DNA of 64,000 bases from Patescibacteria group bacterium UBA4664 (GCA_943354575.1 CALRCL010000001.1:2934-66933); one strand, 5' to 3'. Positions 11,296-21,513 are shown, numbered from the stretch's first letter. Numbers and translations are program-made. The notes: generated by a model not told the origin, from the sequence alone.

Positions 11296-11488
11296 AATTC
11301 TCCTATTAAAATGTTATTAAATTGTAGTTAGCCTTCAACAAAGCTTGAATAAAAAAGCCGGTACACCAGTGCAACCGACAGTTTCGCTCATTTCAGACTA
11401 TGCTCATAATTGTACTTTTTTAGCAGTCTTATGTCAAGAGTGCTAGGGCTCATATTGATGGCTTATTGATTTGTGGGGTCATAGTTCG

Positions 11489-11854
11489 CTATTCGATGGC
11501 GCTTTCGATAAATTGTATCTTCTCGTTGCTGCCTACGGCAATGACATCGATCCGTGGCTGTAGCTTTGTATACGCTGGGTTTTCGTAAAGCCAGTACTCG
11601 AAGCCCCTAGCCAGGCGCTTTTTTTTGTCGGCCGATATGGCTCCAAGACCGCCGCCATAATCGTCGCTATTGCGGTATTTTACCTCAATACAGCAGATAT
11701 ACTCGGTATTTTTGGCTATAATATCCAGCTCACTAAAGCGGTTCTTAAAATTGCGTTGTAATATTTCGTATCCATGCCGCACCAAGTATTGGGCGGCCAA
11801 GTCCTCGGCCCGCATACCAACTGCAGTGGTGTTTTTCATAAATAACCTTTGCAA
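11489..11854 (-). CDS. yraN: YraN family (UPF0102) predicted endonuclease
   Basis: Motif pattern AEDLAAQYL..GYEIL.RN..ELDIIA......IEVKYR typical of the YraN/UPF0102 PD-(D/E)xK fold. 19-nt overlap with rnhB. Confidence 0.65.
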   Translation of the reverse strand: MQRLFMKNTTAVGMRAEDLAAQYLVRHGYEILQRNFKNRFSELDIIAKNTEYICCIEVKYRNSDDYGGGLGAISADKKKRLARGFEYWLYENPAYTKLQPRIDVIAVGSNEKIQFIESAIE

Positions 11855-12498
11855 AAACTTTTTCTGTGTAAATCTGTTAACCCTTTTGAAGCTAAACTCT
11901 CCAGGTGTTTCTTGGTGCCATAGCCGACATTAGTATTAAAGCCATAGCCTTCGTACTGCTCGGACTGGCTGATCATATAATGGTCGCGGGCGACTTTTGC
12001 AATAATGCTGGCGGCTGCTACGCAGCTCACTTTTTGATCGGCCTTAACAATGGTCTGACTTATCTCATATTCAGATAGATAGTCGTAATTTCCGTCTATA
12101 ATAATTGAGCTAAACTCACACTTCAAATCTTCTAAGGAACGAAGGTATGCCATCCTTACTGCTTCGGTTAGTCCCAATGCATCTATTTCGGTGTTATCGA
12201 CCCAGCCAATGCCATAACCGACTGAGCTGTCGATAATATATTCCGACAACACTTCTCGCCTAGCAAAAGATAATAATTTGGAATCTTTTAGCGCCTTACG
12301 CCAACCAGATGGCAAAACAACCGCCGCAGCCACAAGTGGCCCGGCCAAGCTGCCGCGACCGACTTCGTCGATACCACAAACAAAGAGTTGCCCGTTTCTC
12401 TTTAGGGAGTTTTCCATGCGCATACTAGCCTTCAAGCTTGAACCTCCTTTAATGTATGCGATTATACATCTATTTATCGATATAAATAAATTCACCAC
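11836..12498 (-). CDS. rnhB: ribonuclease HII
   Basis: LFVCGIDEVGRGSLAGPLVAAAVVL catalytic N-terminal motif of RNase HII. Confidence 0.9.
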   Translation of the reverse strand: MVNLFISINRCIIAYIKGGSSLKASMRMENSLKRNGQLFVCGIDEVGRGSLAGPLVAAAVVLPSGWRKALKDSKLLSFARREVLSEYIIDSSVGYGIGWVDNTEIDALGLTEAVRMAYLRSLEDLKCEFSSIIIDGNYDYLSEYEISQTIVKADQKVSCVAAASIIAKVARDHYMISQSEQYEGYGFNTNVGYGTKKHLESLASKGLTDLHRKSFCKGYL

Positions 12499-12528
12499 AG
12501 CCCCTTGGGGGCTGTGGTGAATGGGTAT

Positions 12529-13491
12529 TTAGCTACGACGGAGCTTCGAGATATTTGCCTTAGCCTCTTCAAAAAGGCTCGGCTTGTCGTAATAATGGTG
12601 CGGGATCAAGGTTTGGCGATAGCATTCGTGGGCAATGTCTCGCATTGTCTGGTGACAATCTTCGTAAGACTTAACAATCCTCCAGGGCAAAACCTTGCAA
12701 GCTGGTGGTTCAGAGCTATCGAGCGTCACAGCTACTGGTATAACCCAGCCCTGCATGATGTCCATAGTTCCGTTTTTTAGTGGTTGCATATGAACGCGGT
12801 CTCGCAAGAATATATCCTTGGAGGCGCTTGGAGCAACAGCCAACAAACGACCACCTGGCTTGAGGAACTTACCTAACTCGATTCGAGTCAGCTCGTTAGA
12901 TAATTTTATAAGCTCGGCAGGAAAGTTTTTGCTTCTAACGGATGCTGTAGTCGGAAAGCTAAAAAAAATATTAGCAAAAAGCTGAAGTGCTTCAACGGTG
13001 GGCATATTGATACCCAAATTGCTGAGATCAGCCTTGGTTGTAGCTATACCGCGGCTAATAATTAGCCCACTGCTCTGAGAGAACTCTTCACCACCAATTA
13101 GGGTGGCTAGTTCCAGACGCAAAGCACCGAGGACCAAGGCAATATCAACCACATTGCTATGGTTCGTTACCAAGGTAAAATTCATTCCGCTTCGGAGCAT
13201 TTCGCCTGCGATAAATTGCAACATATCCTGATGCTCTCGCCAGGCAGGAGGTATGACTGCAAAATTACGATGCACAGCTGGTCCTAGCGGCGCCAGCATT
13301 TCATTTGATATCGAGCTGACATTGCAGCGAACCGTAGTTAGCTGATGAAATGGCTTTGATGGGTCGTACGGCATCGGTACGAGTGGACCAACAGCATTTC
13401 TTGAGCCTAGCTCTTCGATGGACCTAAAGATACTGGCTTCATCGTAAGTTCGGAGCTTACTCTTGATCTGTTCTAATCTTGATATAGACAA
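12529..13491 (-). CDS. hypothetical protein, possible acyltransferase (HX4D motif)
   Basis: 320-aa ORF with TNHSNVVD (HxxxxD acyltransferase-like block). No other family signature recognised. Confidence 0.3.
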   Translation of the reverse strand: MSISRLEQIKSKLRTYDEASIFRSIEELGSRNAVGPLVPMPYDPSKPFHQLTTVRCNVSSISNEMLAPLGPAVHRNFAVIPPAWREHQDMLQFIAGEMLRSGMNFTLVTNHSNVVDIALVLGALRLELATLIGGEEFSQSSGLIISRGIATTKADLSNLGINMPTVEALQLFANIFFSFPTTASVRSKNFPAELIKLSNELTRIELGKFLKPGGRLLAVAPSASKDIFLRDRVHMQPLKNGTMDIMQGWVIPVAVTLDSSEPPACKVLPWRIVKSYEDCHQTMRDIAHECYRQTLIPHHYYDKPSLFEEAKANISKLRRS

Positions 13492-13565
13492 TTTGAGGAC
13501 TCCCTAGGTTGGCACTATTGAAAGGTACTTTGAAGTCGATATTATAACATATTTTTTAGTATAAT

Positions 13566-13597
13566 AAAATAGCCCCTAGGTATGGGGCTATAGTCTT
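13566..13597 (-). terminator. intrinsic terminator hairpin downstream of rplS
   Basis: ATAGCCCC-TAGGTAT-GGGGCTAT perfect 8-bp stem in an AT-rich flank between two convergently ending minus-strand genes. Confidence 0.45.
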
Positions 13598-13618
13598 TTA
13601 TAATATCTAACTAACCCG

Positions 13619-14266
13619 TTACTTCTGTACTTTATCGACTCCGGCCCTGAACTCTTCAGCAGGCAGCTGGGCTTCATCTTCGCCATCAGTGTTTATTTGT
13701 TCATCGACAGTTTTGTCTTTAGGGGCTTCGTCACCGGTGGCATCATCTTTGCTGGCAAGCTTGTTCTCTTCTTTAGCTAGAGTGTCGGTGCTTTCTTCGA
13801 CTTGGTTGAGCTCGTCAGTGCTTGCTTTGGCGCTATCTTCGGAAGCAATCTCAGCTTGCTCTGCTTCGGCGAGCTGGTCGGGAGTTCTCTCGTCAGACTC
13901 GTTAGCGGTATTTCTATCAAAATCTCGCTCGGCCATCCTGGCAGACTTGCCAGATCGGGATCGCATGTAGCTAAGAACGGCTCGACGAACCTTGCTTCGT
14001 TTAGTGATTTGGATTTTTACAACATTAGGGCTATTGACGAACCAAGTTTTTTCGACACCGACACCTGAAGCAACTTTTCGGACAGTAATAACTGCACCGA
14101 CGCCACCAGAGTTGCGATAGCTAATTACGAGGCCTTCGAATATCTGGACTCGCTCTTTTTTACCTTCCTTGATTCTTTGATGAACACGAACAGTATCGCC
14201 GACGCGGATGTCGGAGATTTTTTTCTTGATAGAACCTTGTTCGATTGCGTTTAGAGCTTCTTGCAT
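13619..14266 (-). CDS. rplS: 50S ribosomal protein L19 with ~100-aa acidic C-terminal extension
   Basis: L19 core VGDTVRVHQRIKEGKKERVQIFEGLVISYRN...VRKV. The C-terminal half is E/D/A/K-rich low complexity. Confidence 0.85.
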   Translation of the reverse strand: MQEALNAIEQGSIKKKISDIRVGDTVRVHQRIKEGKKERVQIFEGLVISYRNSGGVGAVITVRKVASGVGVEKTWFVNSPNVVKIQITKRSKVRRAVLSYMRSRSGKSARMAERDFDRNTANESDERTPDQLAEAEQAEIASEDSAKASTDELNQVEESTDTLAKEENKLASKDDATGDEAPKDKTVDEQINTDGEDEAQLPAEEFRAGVDKVQK

Positions 14267-14336
14267 AACTCAACAATTCTATCACAACTCGCTACATCTG
14301 GCAAGGCATATAAATACTAGCGTGGGCAGGGCTATT

Positions 14337-17300
14337 CTACTTCTGTATAGATGTAGCGACAAGAATATTATGGTCGCCTGCAATTAACTTTAGTTTTTTA
14401 ATTAACTCGTCTGAGATAGTGACACCCTTGGGGAGCTTCAATTTTTGAGCGGTCTTAGTAAAATCCAGAGTAACCATGCTGTCGCCAGAGTTGCTATCTA
14501 GTATGGCCTTAATTTGCATCAACTGCTCGGTGTCAGCGATAGATTCTAGCACAATCGATAAGCTCGATGTTTCTATTTTTGGAACCTCCTTGGGCGGGGC
14601 TAGCCACATGCGAGCTGTGTCGGCATTTAATAATTTAACCTTATCAGCTATTATTTTAAGCTCGTCAGTAGGGTTGCCGTCTCGGTCTTTGGCGTTTATT
14701 TTGCCCTCTATTTCAACAACGTTATCTGTAGCGATGTCTTGTTCGTATTTAACAAAAGTTTTTGGAAAAACAATAACTTCGATGTCGCCGCTAACTGTTT
14801 CGATAGCTACAAAAGCCATGGGGTCATTTTTGCGGGTGTATATTTTTCGCATTGAAGTGATGATGCCGCCTATCACAATCGACCTGCCATCATCAGATTT
14901 TTTATAATCAGCTATTGATTGGGTTTTGTTTTTGAAGTAGTTCCTGAAGTCGTCGAGCGGGTGGTTACTAACATACAATCCTAAAAGCTCTTTCTCCCAG
15001 ACTAAACTTTGGCGAGGGTCAATCTTGCCTGTCGGATTATCCATACTGATTGGGGGTATTTCTTGATCGGCGCTAAGAGATCCAAAAATATCAATCTGAC
15101 CCGACAGGGCGTTTTTCTGAACCCTGCTGGCATAGGAGGTAATCTTGTCAGCATTAAATAGTAGCTTGTGTCGATCGCCCAGGCTATCAAAAGCTCCGCA
15201 CTTTATAAGGCTCTCCATGACTTTTTTATTGACCACTGCCGCATCGACTCGCTTGGCAAAATCTTCAACAGATTTGAATGGATCCCCGGCCCTAGCCTCA
15301 ATAATCTTTTCGATTGGACCTTGACCAACATTTTTGACAGCCCCAAGGCCAAACCTAATATTGCCAGTTTCTGGCACAACCGCAAACTCTTTATAGGACT
15401 CGTTGATATCGGGTGGCAAAACCTCAATCCCCAGCTTGCGGCACTCGGCCACCTCGATTGCGATTCGATCTAGATTCTCATGGTCGCTTGTTAATAATGC
15501 TGCCATGTAGGCCGAGGGGTAGTGGCTTTTGAGGTAAGCGGTCTGGACGGCAATTAGGGCATAACAGGCGGCATGTGATTTATTAAAACTATAGGCCGCA
15601 AAATCTTCAAGACTGACCCATAGGTCCTCGATAAACTTCTTGTCTACTTTTGAGTTCTTGATAGCCCCACCAATAAACTCTTTCTTCATTTTAGCCAATA
15701 CCTCGGGAATCTTCTTGGCGATACCCTTCCTCAGGGTGTCGGCCTGACCGCCACTAAACCCACACAAATCTTTGGCTATTTGCATCACCTGCTCTTGATA
15801 GACAATAATACCGTAGGTTTCCTTGAGAGCAGATTCCATTTTAGTATGACCATAGACTACAAGGCTCGGATTATGTTTGCGATTTATAAACTCTTCGATC
15901 CACTGCATTGGTCCTGGACGATACAATGACACCATCGCAATAATGTCTTCAAACTTGTCGGGCTTGAGGTCTTTGAGGTAGCGCTTCATACCAGCCGACT
16001 CTAGCTGAAATACTCCGGTAGTATCGCCACGGCTGAGTAGCTCGAAAGTCTTTTTGTCGTCAATTGGGATTTGATTTATCTGGATATCTTTTTTGTAAAC
16101 TTTTTTAATTATTCTTAGGGCATTTTTTAATACTGTAAGATTCGATAAGCCCAAAAAATCAAATTTTAAAAGTCCTAGGTCTTCGATGGGGTTCATCGAG
16201 TATTGAGTTGCAATACCACCTTTGCTGGCTCTAGTGAGTGGAGTGTATTCGACCAATGGTTCTGGAGCTATCACCACACCAGCGGCATGAGTACCAGCAT
16301 TTCTGATTGTACCTTCGAGCTGGATTGCGATATCGATAATTTCTTTAGCCTTAGAGTTGCCAGTGTAGATCGATTTTAACTCTGGGCTTTCAATGATAGA
16401 AACTGTCAGTGGTATGTGCCGACCCTGAACTGGTGGAGGAATGTTCTTGGCTATCGCATCGACCTCGCCATAAGGCACACCTAAAACCCGGCCGGTATCT
16501 CGGACGGCGTTGCGGGCGGCCATTACTCCGAAAGTAATAATCTGGGCTACCCTGTCTTGTCCGTACTTTTCGGTGGCATAAGCTATTACTTCTTCACGGC
16601 GGTCATCGGCATAGTCCATATCGATATCTGGCATACTGATTCGATCTGGGTTCAGAAACCGCTCAAAGAGTAGCCCGAATCTGATGGGGTCAATTTCGGT
16701 AATGTTAGTACAGTAAGCAATAATACTACCCGCGGCGCTACCGCGGCCGGGGCCACAGACGATTCCCTGATTCTTGCTCCAATTGATGAGGTCGGCCACT
16801 ATTAGCATATAGCCCTCATACCCCATTTGGCCAATAATAGTTAGTTCGTATTCTATCCTATCGATTATTTTTTTATCGAGCTTAGGTTTGACCTTGGCTT
16901 CTGTAATTTTATCGAGGTCTTCTTTCGGAATATCCAAGTACCGATTTGCGGCTCCTATGTAAACCAGCTTTCGAAGATAGCTTTTTTCGGTGTCGCCCTT
17001 GGGAACACTTGGAAATCGTGGTATTAGTATCTTTCCGAGCTCAATCTCGAGGTTGCACATTTTCGCAATCTTGATGGTATTTGTGATGGCCTCTGGCGTG
17101 TCTTTGAACCTCTCCATAAAGACCTTGCCTGGCTGCATCGAAAGGTCCATATCTAGTTTCATCCTATTGGTATCATCGACATTGGAGCCTGTCTGGACAC
17201 ATAGCAAAATATCGTGAGGGTAGTGATCGGCTTCGGTCGAATAGTGGCAATCGCCGGTTACTACAAGCCCGATGTCGAGACGTTTCGATATCTTCTTTAG

Positions 17301-17933
17301 TGCGGAGTTGAGTTTTTTTTGGGGTGCCCACTGCGTGTGCGGTTGCATTTCCAGATAATAATTTTCCTTACCAAAAACACCCTTGTACCACTTAGCCAAA
17401 TCTAAAGCTTGTTCGAACTGGTCGTTACTAATGAGCGTGCCAAGCTCCCCTCCCAAACAGCCAGACAAAACGACCAGGCCATCGCTATACTGCTCGAGCA
17501 GATCGTGATCGACACGAGGCTTATAATAAAAGCCCTCCAGGCTGGCAATGGTGCTGAGCTTCATCAGGTTTTGGTAGCCCTGCTTGTTTTTAGCAAGCAG
17601 AGTGAGGTGAAATGGGCTACGGTCCTCGGACGAGCTTTTGTCGGTATGCTTGCGTGGCGCTACATAGGTTTCGATACCGACAATCGGCTTAATACCGCGT
17701 GCCGTGCAGGCTTTATAAAACTCAATGCTGCCACTTAGGGTACCGTGGTCTGTGATGGCAACTGAAGTCTGCCCCATTTCGATAACTCTGTCGAGCATCT
17801 GGGGAACCTTTTGCAAGCCATCGAGCAAACTGTAGTGCGTATGGTTGTGCAGGTGCACGAAATCGACAAAATCTGCCTCCTTTCGAGCCTGCATGGCTGT
17901 TTCGTTGTCTGATATTTTAGCCTCACCTGGCAT
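14337..17933 (-). CDS. dnaE: DNA polymerase III alpha subunit
   Basis: PHP domain HLHNHTHYSLLDGL, polymerase core, OB fold. 1198 aa. Confidence 0.95.
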   Translation of the reverse strand: MPGEAKISDNETAMQARKEADFVDFVHLHNHTHYSLLDGLQKVPQMLDRVIEMGQTSVAITDHGTLSGSIEFYKACTARGIKPIVGIETYVAPRKHTDKSSSEDRSPFHLTLLAKNKQGYQNLMKLSTIASLEGFYYKPRVDHDLLEQYSDGLVVLSGCLGGELGTLISNDQFEQALDLAKWYKGVFGKENYYLEMQPHTQWAPQKKLNSALKKISKRLDIGLVVTGDCHYSTEADHYPHDILLCVQTGSNVDDTNRMKLDMDLSMQPGKVFMERFKDTPEAITNTIKIAKMCNLEIELGKILIPRFPSVPKGDTEKSYLRKLVYIGAANRYLDIPKEDLDKITEAKVKPKLDKKIIDRIEYELTIIGQMGYEGYMLIVADLINWSKNQGIVCGPGRGSAAGSIIAYCTNITEIDPIRFGLLFERFLNPDRISMPDIDMDYADDRREEVIAYATEKYGQDRVAQIITFGVMAARNAVRDTGRVLGVPYGEVDAIAKNIPPPVQGRHIPLTVSIIESPELKSIYTGNSKAKEIIDIAIQLEGTIRNAGTHAAGVVIAPEPLVEYTPLTRASKGGIATQYSMNPIEDLGLLKFDFLGLSNLTVLKNALRIIKKVYKKDIQINQIPIDDKKTFELLSRGDTTGVFQLESAGMKRYLKDLKPDKFEDIIAMVSLYRPGPMQWIEEFINRKHNPSLVVYGHTKMESALKETYGIIVYQEQVMQIAKDLCGFSGGQADTLRKGIAKKIPEVLAKMKKEFIGGAIKNSKVDKKFIEDLWVSLEDFAAYSFNKSHAACYALIAVQTAYLKSHYPSAYMAALLTSDHENLDRIAIEVAECRKLGIEVLPPDINESYKEFAVVPETGNIRFGLGAVKNVGQGPIEKIIEARAGDPFKSVEDFAKRVDAAVVNKKVMESLIKCGAFDSLGDRHKLLFNADKITSYASRVQKNALSGQIDIFGSLSADQEIPPISMDNPTGKIDPRQSLVWEKELLGLYVSNHPLDDFRNYFKNKTQSIADYKKSDDGRSIVIGGIITSMRKIYTRKNDPMAFVAIETVSGDIEVIVFPKTFVKYEQDIATDNVVEIEGKINAKDRDGNPTDELKIIADKVKLLNADTARMWLAPPKEVPKIETSSLSIVLESIADTEQLMQIKAILDSNSGDSMVTLDFTKTAQKLKLPKGVTISDELIKKLKLIAGDHNILVATSIQK

Positions 17934-17974
17934 ACTGCCCCTCCTATGCCTCTATTATAGCAAGATTATTTGGC

Positions 17975-18223
17975 CTATTTAACGGCACTTCCGATCTGTT
18001 TTATAAAGTCACCTATTACTGGAACTCCGCCGAGCTTAGAAACCAAAAAGCCAATTAAGATAATTGCCAATGCTGCGCCGAGTATGCCCGCAAAACCCCT
18101 AACGAAACCAGCTTTGAAATTTAGCCAAAATAGTTTCTTGGGGTTGGCTAGTATTTCCATGATTCCATCGAGTGAAACGATTTTTTCGGCTTTGATTGAT
18201 TGGGTTTTGGATTTATCTGACAT
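17975..18223 (-). CDS. small membrane protein (hypothetical)
   Basis: 82 aa, one central TM helix. In a cluster with YtxH/DUF948-like genes. Confidence 0.45.
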   Translation of the reverse strand: MSDKSKTQSIKAEKIVSLDGIMEILANPKKLFWLNFKAGFVRGFAGILGAALAIILIGFLVSKLGGVPVIGDFIKQIGSAVK

Positions 18224-18226
18224 CGA

Positions 18227-18745
18227 CTACTTGTCTTTTTTTAATGATTTTAGGTCTTTTTTTATTTCAGTCGAAGCGACCTTGGCTACCTTGTCGCCAG
18301 ACTCGGCAGCTTTTTTGGCGAACTCCTTGGTGTCCTTTAGCGCTCCGGTCTTGTAGCTATTGAGCTCTACCACCAATACTTTGCCGTCTTGTATCATTTT
18401 GTCGGTTTCATGGGCAGCCACCCTAGTAACTTTTTTGCCAGACTTGCCGAATTCGGCACTTTTAGTGGTCAATGCCAGCTTCAAATCTTCGGCTTGGTTA
18501 ATTAGCTCAAGTCTTTTATCTTTATCATTGCCTGTCAGGATATCGATATCTATTTTGGCTTGCTTAATTTTGGCATCAAGATCGGTACTAACCTCATGAG
18601 CCTTGATGGCGATGTCTTCGCGCAGCTCTTTGCCAGCCTTAGGTGCAAACAACAAAGCCAGTCCTCCTGCTATGGCAGCACCTACAGCAGCTCCTGTAAT
18701 AAAACCTCTTCCTCTGGCCATCTTAGCGCTTGCCTTTTTTGCCAA
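18227..18745 (-). CDS. YtxH-like general stress protein
   Basis: N-terminal GFITGAAVGAAIAGGLALLFAPKAGKELRED motif characteristic of the YtxH domain, followed by a coiled-coil tail. Confidence 0.6.
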   Translation of the reverse strand: MAKKASAKMARGRGFITGAAVGAAIAGGLALLFAPKAGKELREDIAIKAHEVSTDLDAKIKQAKIDIDILTGNDKDKRLELINQAEDLKLALTTKSAEFGKSGKKVTRVAAHETDKMIQDGKVLVVELNSYKTGALKDTKEFAKKAAESGDKVAKVASTEIKKDLKSLKKDK

Positions 18746-18983
18746 AGTGGCGCTTCAGGTATTTTTCAAACATCATCGCGACTATGCCGGGGTTAATGAC
18801 AGCACTCCTGACCTCATCGACCAATTCGGCAGCTGAGTCGGCACTCTCCTGAACCTTTGTGGCAGCCAAGCGAATTTGTTTCATCGCTGTAATTAAGCCC
18901 ACCAAGAATACTACCGTGAAGGTTATTAGTATAATTAAGGCTATCGACACTAGAGTTATAAGAACTATAAGTAATGTTTCCAT
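18723..18983 (-). CDS. DUF948-like small membrane protein
   Basis: 86 aa, N-terminal TM helix then amphipathic helix. Overlaps the YtxH gene start by 23 nt (operon). Confidence 0.45.
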   Translation of the reverse strand: METLLIVLITLVSIALIILITFTVVFLVGLITAMKQIRLAATKVQESADSAAELVDEVRSAVINPGIVAMMFEKYLKRHFGKKGKR

Positions 18984-18990
18984 TATTGGG

Positions 18991-19623
18991 TCACCCTTTC
19001 TTCTTTATTGAGCTAACTTTGCTCTTTATTGCGCTAGCTTTATTAATTATAGCACTTTGGCCCTTAGGCATTTGTGAAAAGACATGCCGCTCTATAACTA
19101 CCCACTCGTTTTTTTCTATAACACTATTTGGCACCACATGAAGCTGGCCATCTTCGCCCTGGATGCGAGTTTTTTTGATGTCCATTTCTCTTATCACTCC
19201 AATTGTCTTATGGTCTCCAACCTTGACCTTATAGCCAACCCTGAAGTCTTTGTCGTTGGCAAGCTGCAATCCAGCCATTAGGTCGCTAACTGTCGATGAT
19301 ATGCCAGACGAAAAGCCCAATAGCAAAATAGCGAACGAGCCGGTAACTGCCAGAGCAACACTAGTTAGGCCGAGTATTTGCAACACGGCAATCAGTAGTA
19401 GTCCCCACATAGCAATCCGTAGTAGTGTAGCCATTATCTCCTGGAGTCCAATCGGCCAGCGCGTCAGCCGTAGGGTGACTTTTAAAAAGCGCGATATTAT
19501 TTTAATAATGACAAAGCCTATGAGCAGTGCTACTAGAGCAGCTGGTATTTTTGGTAGTATCTGGGTAGCAGATACTGTTGCGTTATTGAAGCCTGCCAGT
19601 ACGTCGGATTGTAAATTTTGCAT
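18991..19623 (-). CDS. small MscS-family mechanosensitive channel-like protein
   Basis: Three N-terminal TM helices followed by a beta-rich domain (KVGDHKTIGVIREMDIKKTRIQGEDGQLHVVPNSVI) resembling the MscS middle domain. Confidence 0.5.
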   Translation of the reverse strand: MQNLQSDVLAGFNNATVSATQILPKIPAALVALLIGFVIIKIISRFLKVTLRLTRWPIGLQEIMATLLRIAMWGLLLIAVLQILGLTSVALAVTGSFAILLLGFSSGISSTVSDLMAGLQLANDKDFRVGYKVKVGDHKTIGVIREMDIKKTRIQGEDGQLHVVPNSVIEKNEWVVIERHVFSQMPKGQSAIINKASAIKSKVSSIKKKG

Positions 19624-19628
19624 TTATA

Positions 19629-21050
19629 TTACTCCTTTAGTAATTTAATCATAAGCTGGTTGACTTTAGAAGGGTTGGCTTGGCCTTTGGTCTGTTTCAT
19701 GACTTCGCCTACAAAGAATCCAAGCACTCGAGCATTGCCAGAGCGATAGTCATCAACGGGTTTAGGGTTATCTAATATTATTTTTTTGATGATGTTCTCG
19801 AGCTCAGAATCGTCAGAAACTTGCTTTAGCCCTTTTTGCGCCACAATGTCGCTAGGCTTGGCGCCCGCTACAATATCAGCAAAAATAGACTTGGCTATTT
19901 TGGAGCTAATGACGCCGCTTTCGACGAGCTCTATTAGCTCCGCCAGCCGCTCACCGGTTAGATGTGGCTTTTTGTTGGTGGCAAGGATAGACTGATAATC
20001 GCCGACCAGCCAATTGACAGCTTTTTTGATTAGCTCGGGTTTTTTGAGAGCACTCTCGGCATCTTTAAATATCGCAATTGTTGCAGGCTGAGCCAACAAC
20101 ACATCTTGTTCGTCGGCATTGAGGTTGAGATTGACGAGATCCTTTCGAACATCGATTGGCAAAACCGTTATTTGACTCTGGACTTGGTCGATATAACTTT
20201 GGCTTAAGGTAATTGGAGGAAGGTCTGGCTCTGGGAAATAGCGGTAGTCGTTGGCCTGCTCCTTGCTACGCTGAGAAAAAGTCACGGCCTTGGTGTCGTT
20301 CCAGCCCCTAGTTTCTTGCTCTATCACTCCACCCGACTCGAGCACCGCTATCTGGCGAGCTATCTCATAGTTTAGGGCTCTTTCGGCATTGCGAAAGGAA
20401 TTGAGGTTTTTGAGTTCGGTTCTGGTGCCGAGTGTTGAGCTATCGCTAATGGAGACATTCAGATCGAACTTAAAGTTGCCGTGCTCCATATCGCCATTAC
20501 ATACACCGAGGCTAGTAACGATATTATAGACTTCCTGCAAGTACCGCTTGGCCTGCTCGGTACTTTTAATATCTGGCTCCGATACAATCTCAGTTAGTGG
20601 GGTTCCGGCTCTGTTAAAATCGACTAGGCTGTAATCAGCTCCATCGGGGTGAGTTAGTTTGCCAGCGTCTTCCTCGAGGTGAGCATGATGAATACCAATT
20701 TTTTTGAATTCCCCGCCTACAAGTATTTCGACATAGCCGTTTTTAATAATCGGCTGATCCATTTGGGTTATCTGGTAGCCCTTGGGCGAGTCCGGATAAA
20801 AGTAATTTTTTCGGTCGAAGCTAGTGGTGCGGGCTACTTCGGCATTAAAACCTTTGGCGAGTTTGATGGCCATATCGATGGCTCCTTTGTTGATTACCGG
20901 CAAGGTGCCAGGCAGAGCCAAACAGACCGGGCAGATGTTGGTGTTGGGCAATGCGTCGCGACTGTCATTATTACACCCACAAAACATTTTGCTATTTGTG
21001 GCGAGCTGGGCGTGTATTTCGATACCGATGGTTGGTTTGTATTGACTCAT
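19629..21050 (-). CDS. gatB: Asp/Glu-tRNA amidotransferase subunit B
   Basis: MSQYKPTIGIEIHAQL...MFCGC N-terminus and C-terminal GatB/YqeY domain. Confidence 0.9.
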   Translation of the reverse strand: MSQYKPTIGIEIHAQLATNSKMFCGCNNDSRDALPNTNICPVCLALPGTLPVINKGAIDMAIKLAKGFNAEVARTTSFDRKNYFYPDSPKGYQITQMDQPIIKNGYVEILVGGEFKKIGIHHAHLEEDAGKLTHPDGADYSLVDFNRAGTPLTEIVSEPDIKSTEQAKRYLQEVYNIVTSLGVCNGDMEHGNFKFDLNVSISDSSTLGTRTELKNLNSFRNAERALNYEIARQIAVLESGGVIEQETRGWNDTKAVTFSQRSKEQANDYRYFPEPDLPPITLSQSYIDQVQSQITVLPIDVRKDLVNLNLNADEQDVLLAQPATIAIFKDAESALKKPELIKKAVNWLVGDYQSILATNKKPHLTGERLAELIELVESGVISSKIAKSIFADIVAGAKPSDIVAQKGLKQVSDDSELENIIKKIILDNPKPVDDYRSGNARVLGFFVGEVMKQTKGQANPSKVNQLMIKLLKE

Positions 21051-21051
21051 A

Positions 21052-21513
21052 TCAGATAGTTACTCCTAATTCTCGGATTGCATTGCCTAGGCTGGTTATC
21101 GCCTGCTCGACCTGGGCGGGCACCAAATCGTGCTCGACATTATGGGCCAGCTCGTTGCGCAGCTTGTGGGCGTTCCAGACGGCATTGATATTGCTAAACT
21201 GCTGGCCACCACTCTTGAGCCGCTCGCCCATGGTTTCGCCCTTGAAGCTATTGCCGACCATGCAATAATCTAGCAGCTTATCGGCCTCGAAGAGGGCTGT
21301 TTTAAGACCCGATGGGCCTGAGTTTTTCATGGCGGTTATTTCTGCCCACTTGGACTGCACCAAGCCGACATTAAAAGCACTTGGCTGATCATCACTATTG
21401 GCACTAGTTTTATACTGCTTACGAATTGGTTTGGCTTTTTGTTTGAGCGTGAGCGATATTAGTATTGTCATAACTACTAGGGCAATAAGAAACGAAATGG
21501 TAGAGATGTTCAT
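21052..21513 (-). CDS. membrane-anchored hypothetical protein with HEPN-like Rx4H motif, inserted between gatA and gatB
   Basis: N-terminal TM helix. HKLRNELAHNVEH (R119-x4-H124) matches the HEPN Rx4-6H signature. Start overlaps gatA stop (ATGA), stop is 1 nt from gatB start. Confidence 0.4.
   Translation of the reverse strand: MNISTISFLIALVVMTILISLTLKQKAKPIRKQYKTSANSDDQPSAFNVGLVQSKWAEITAMKNSGPSGLKTALFEADKLLDYCMVGNSFKGETMGERLKSGGQQFSNINAVWNAHKLRNELAHNVEHDLVPAQVEQAITSLGNAIRELGVTI

Noticed and set aside
14476-17738. Multiple 60-140 aa ORFs on the plus strand inside dnaE
   Set aside because: They are antisense to a 1198-aa conserved polymerase gene, with low-complexity Ser/Leu-rich translations.
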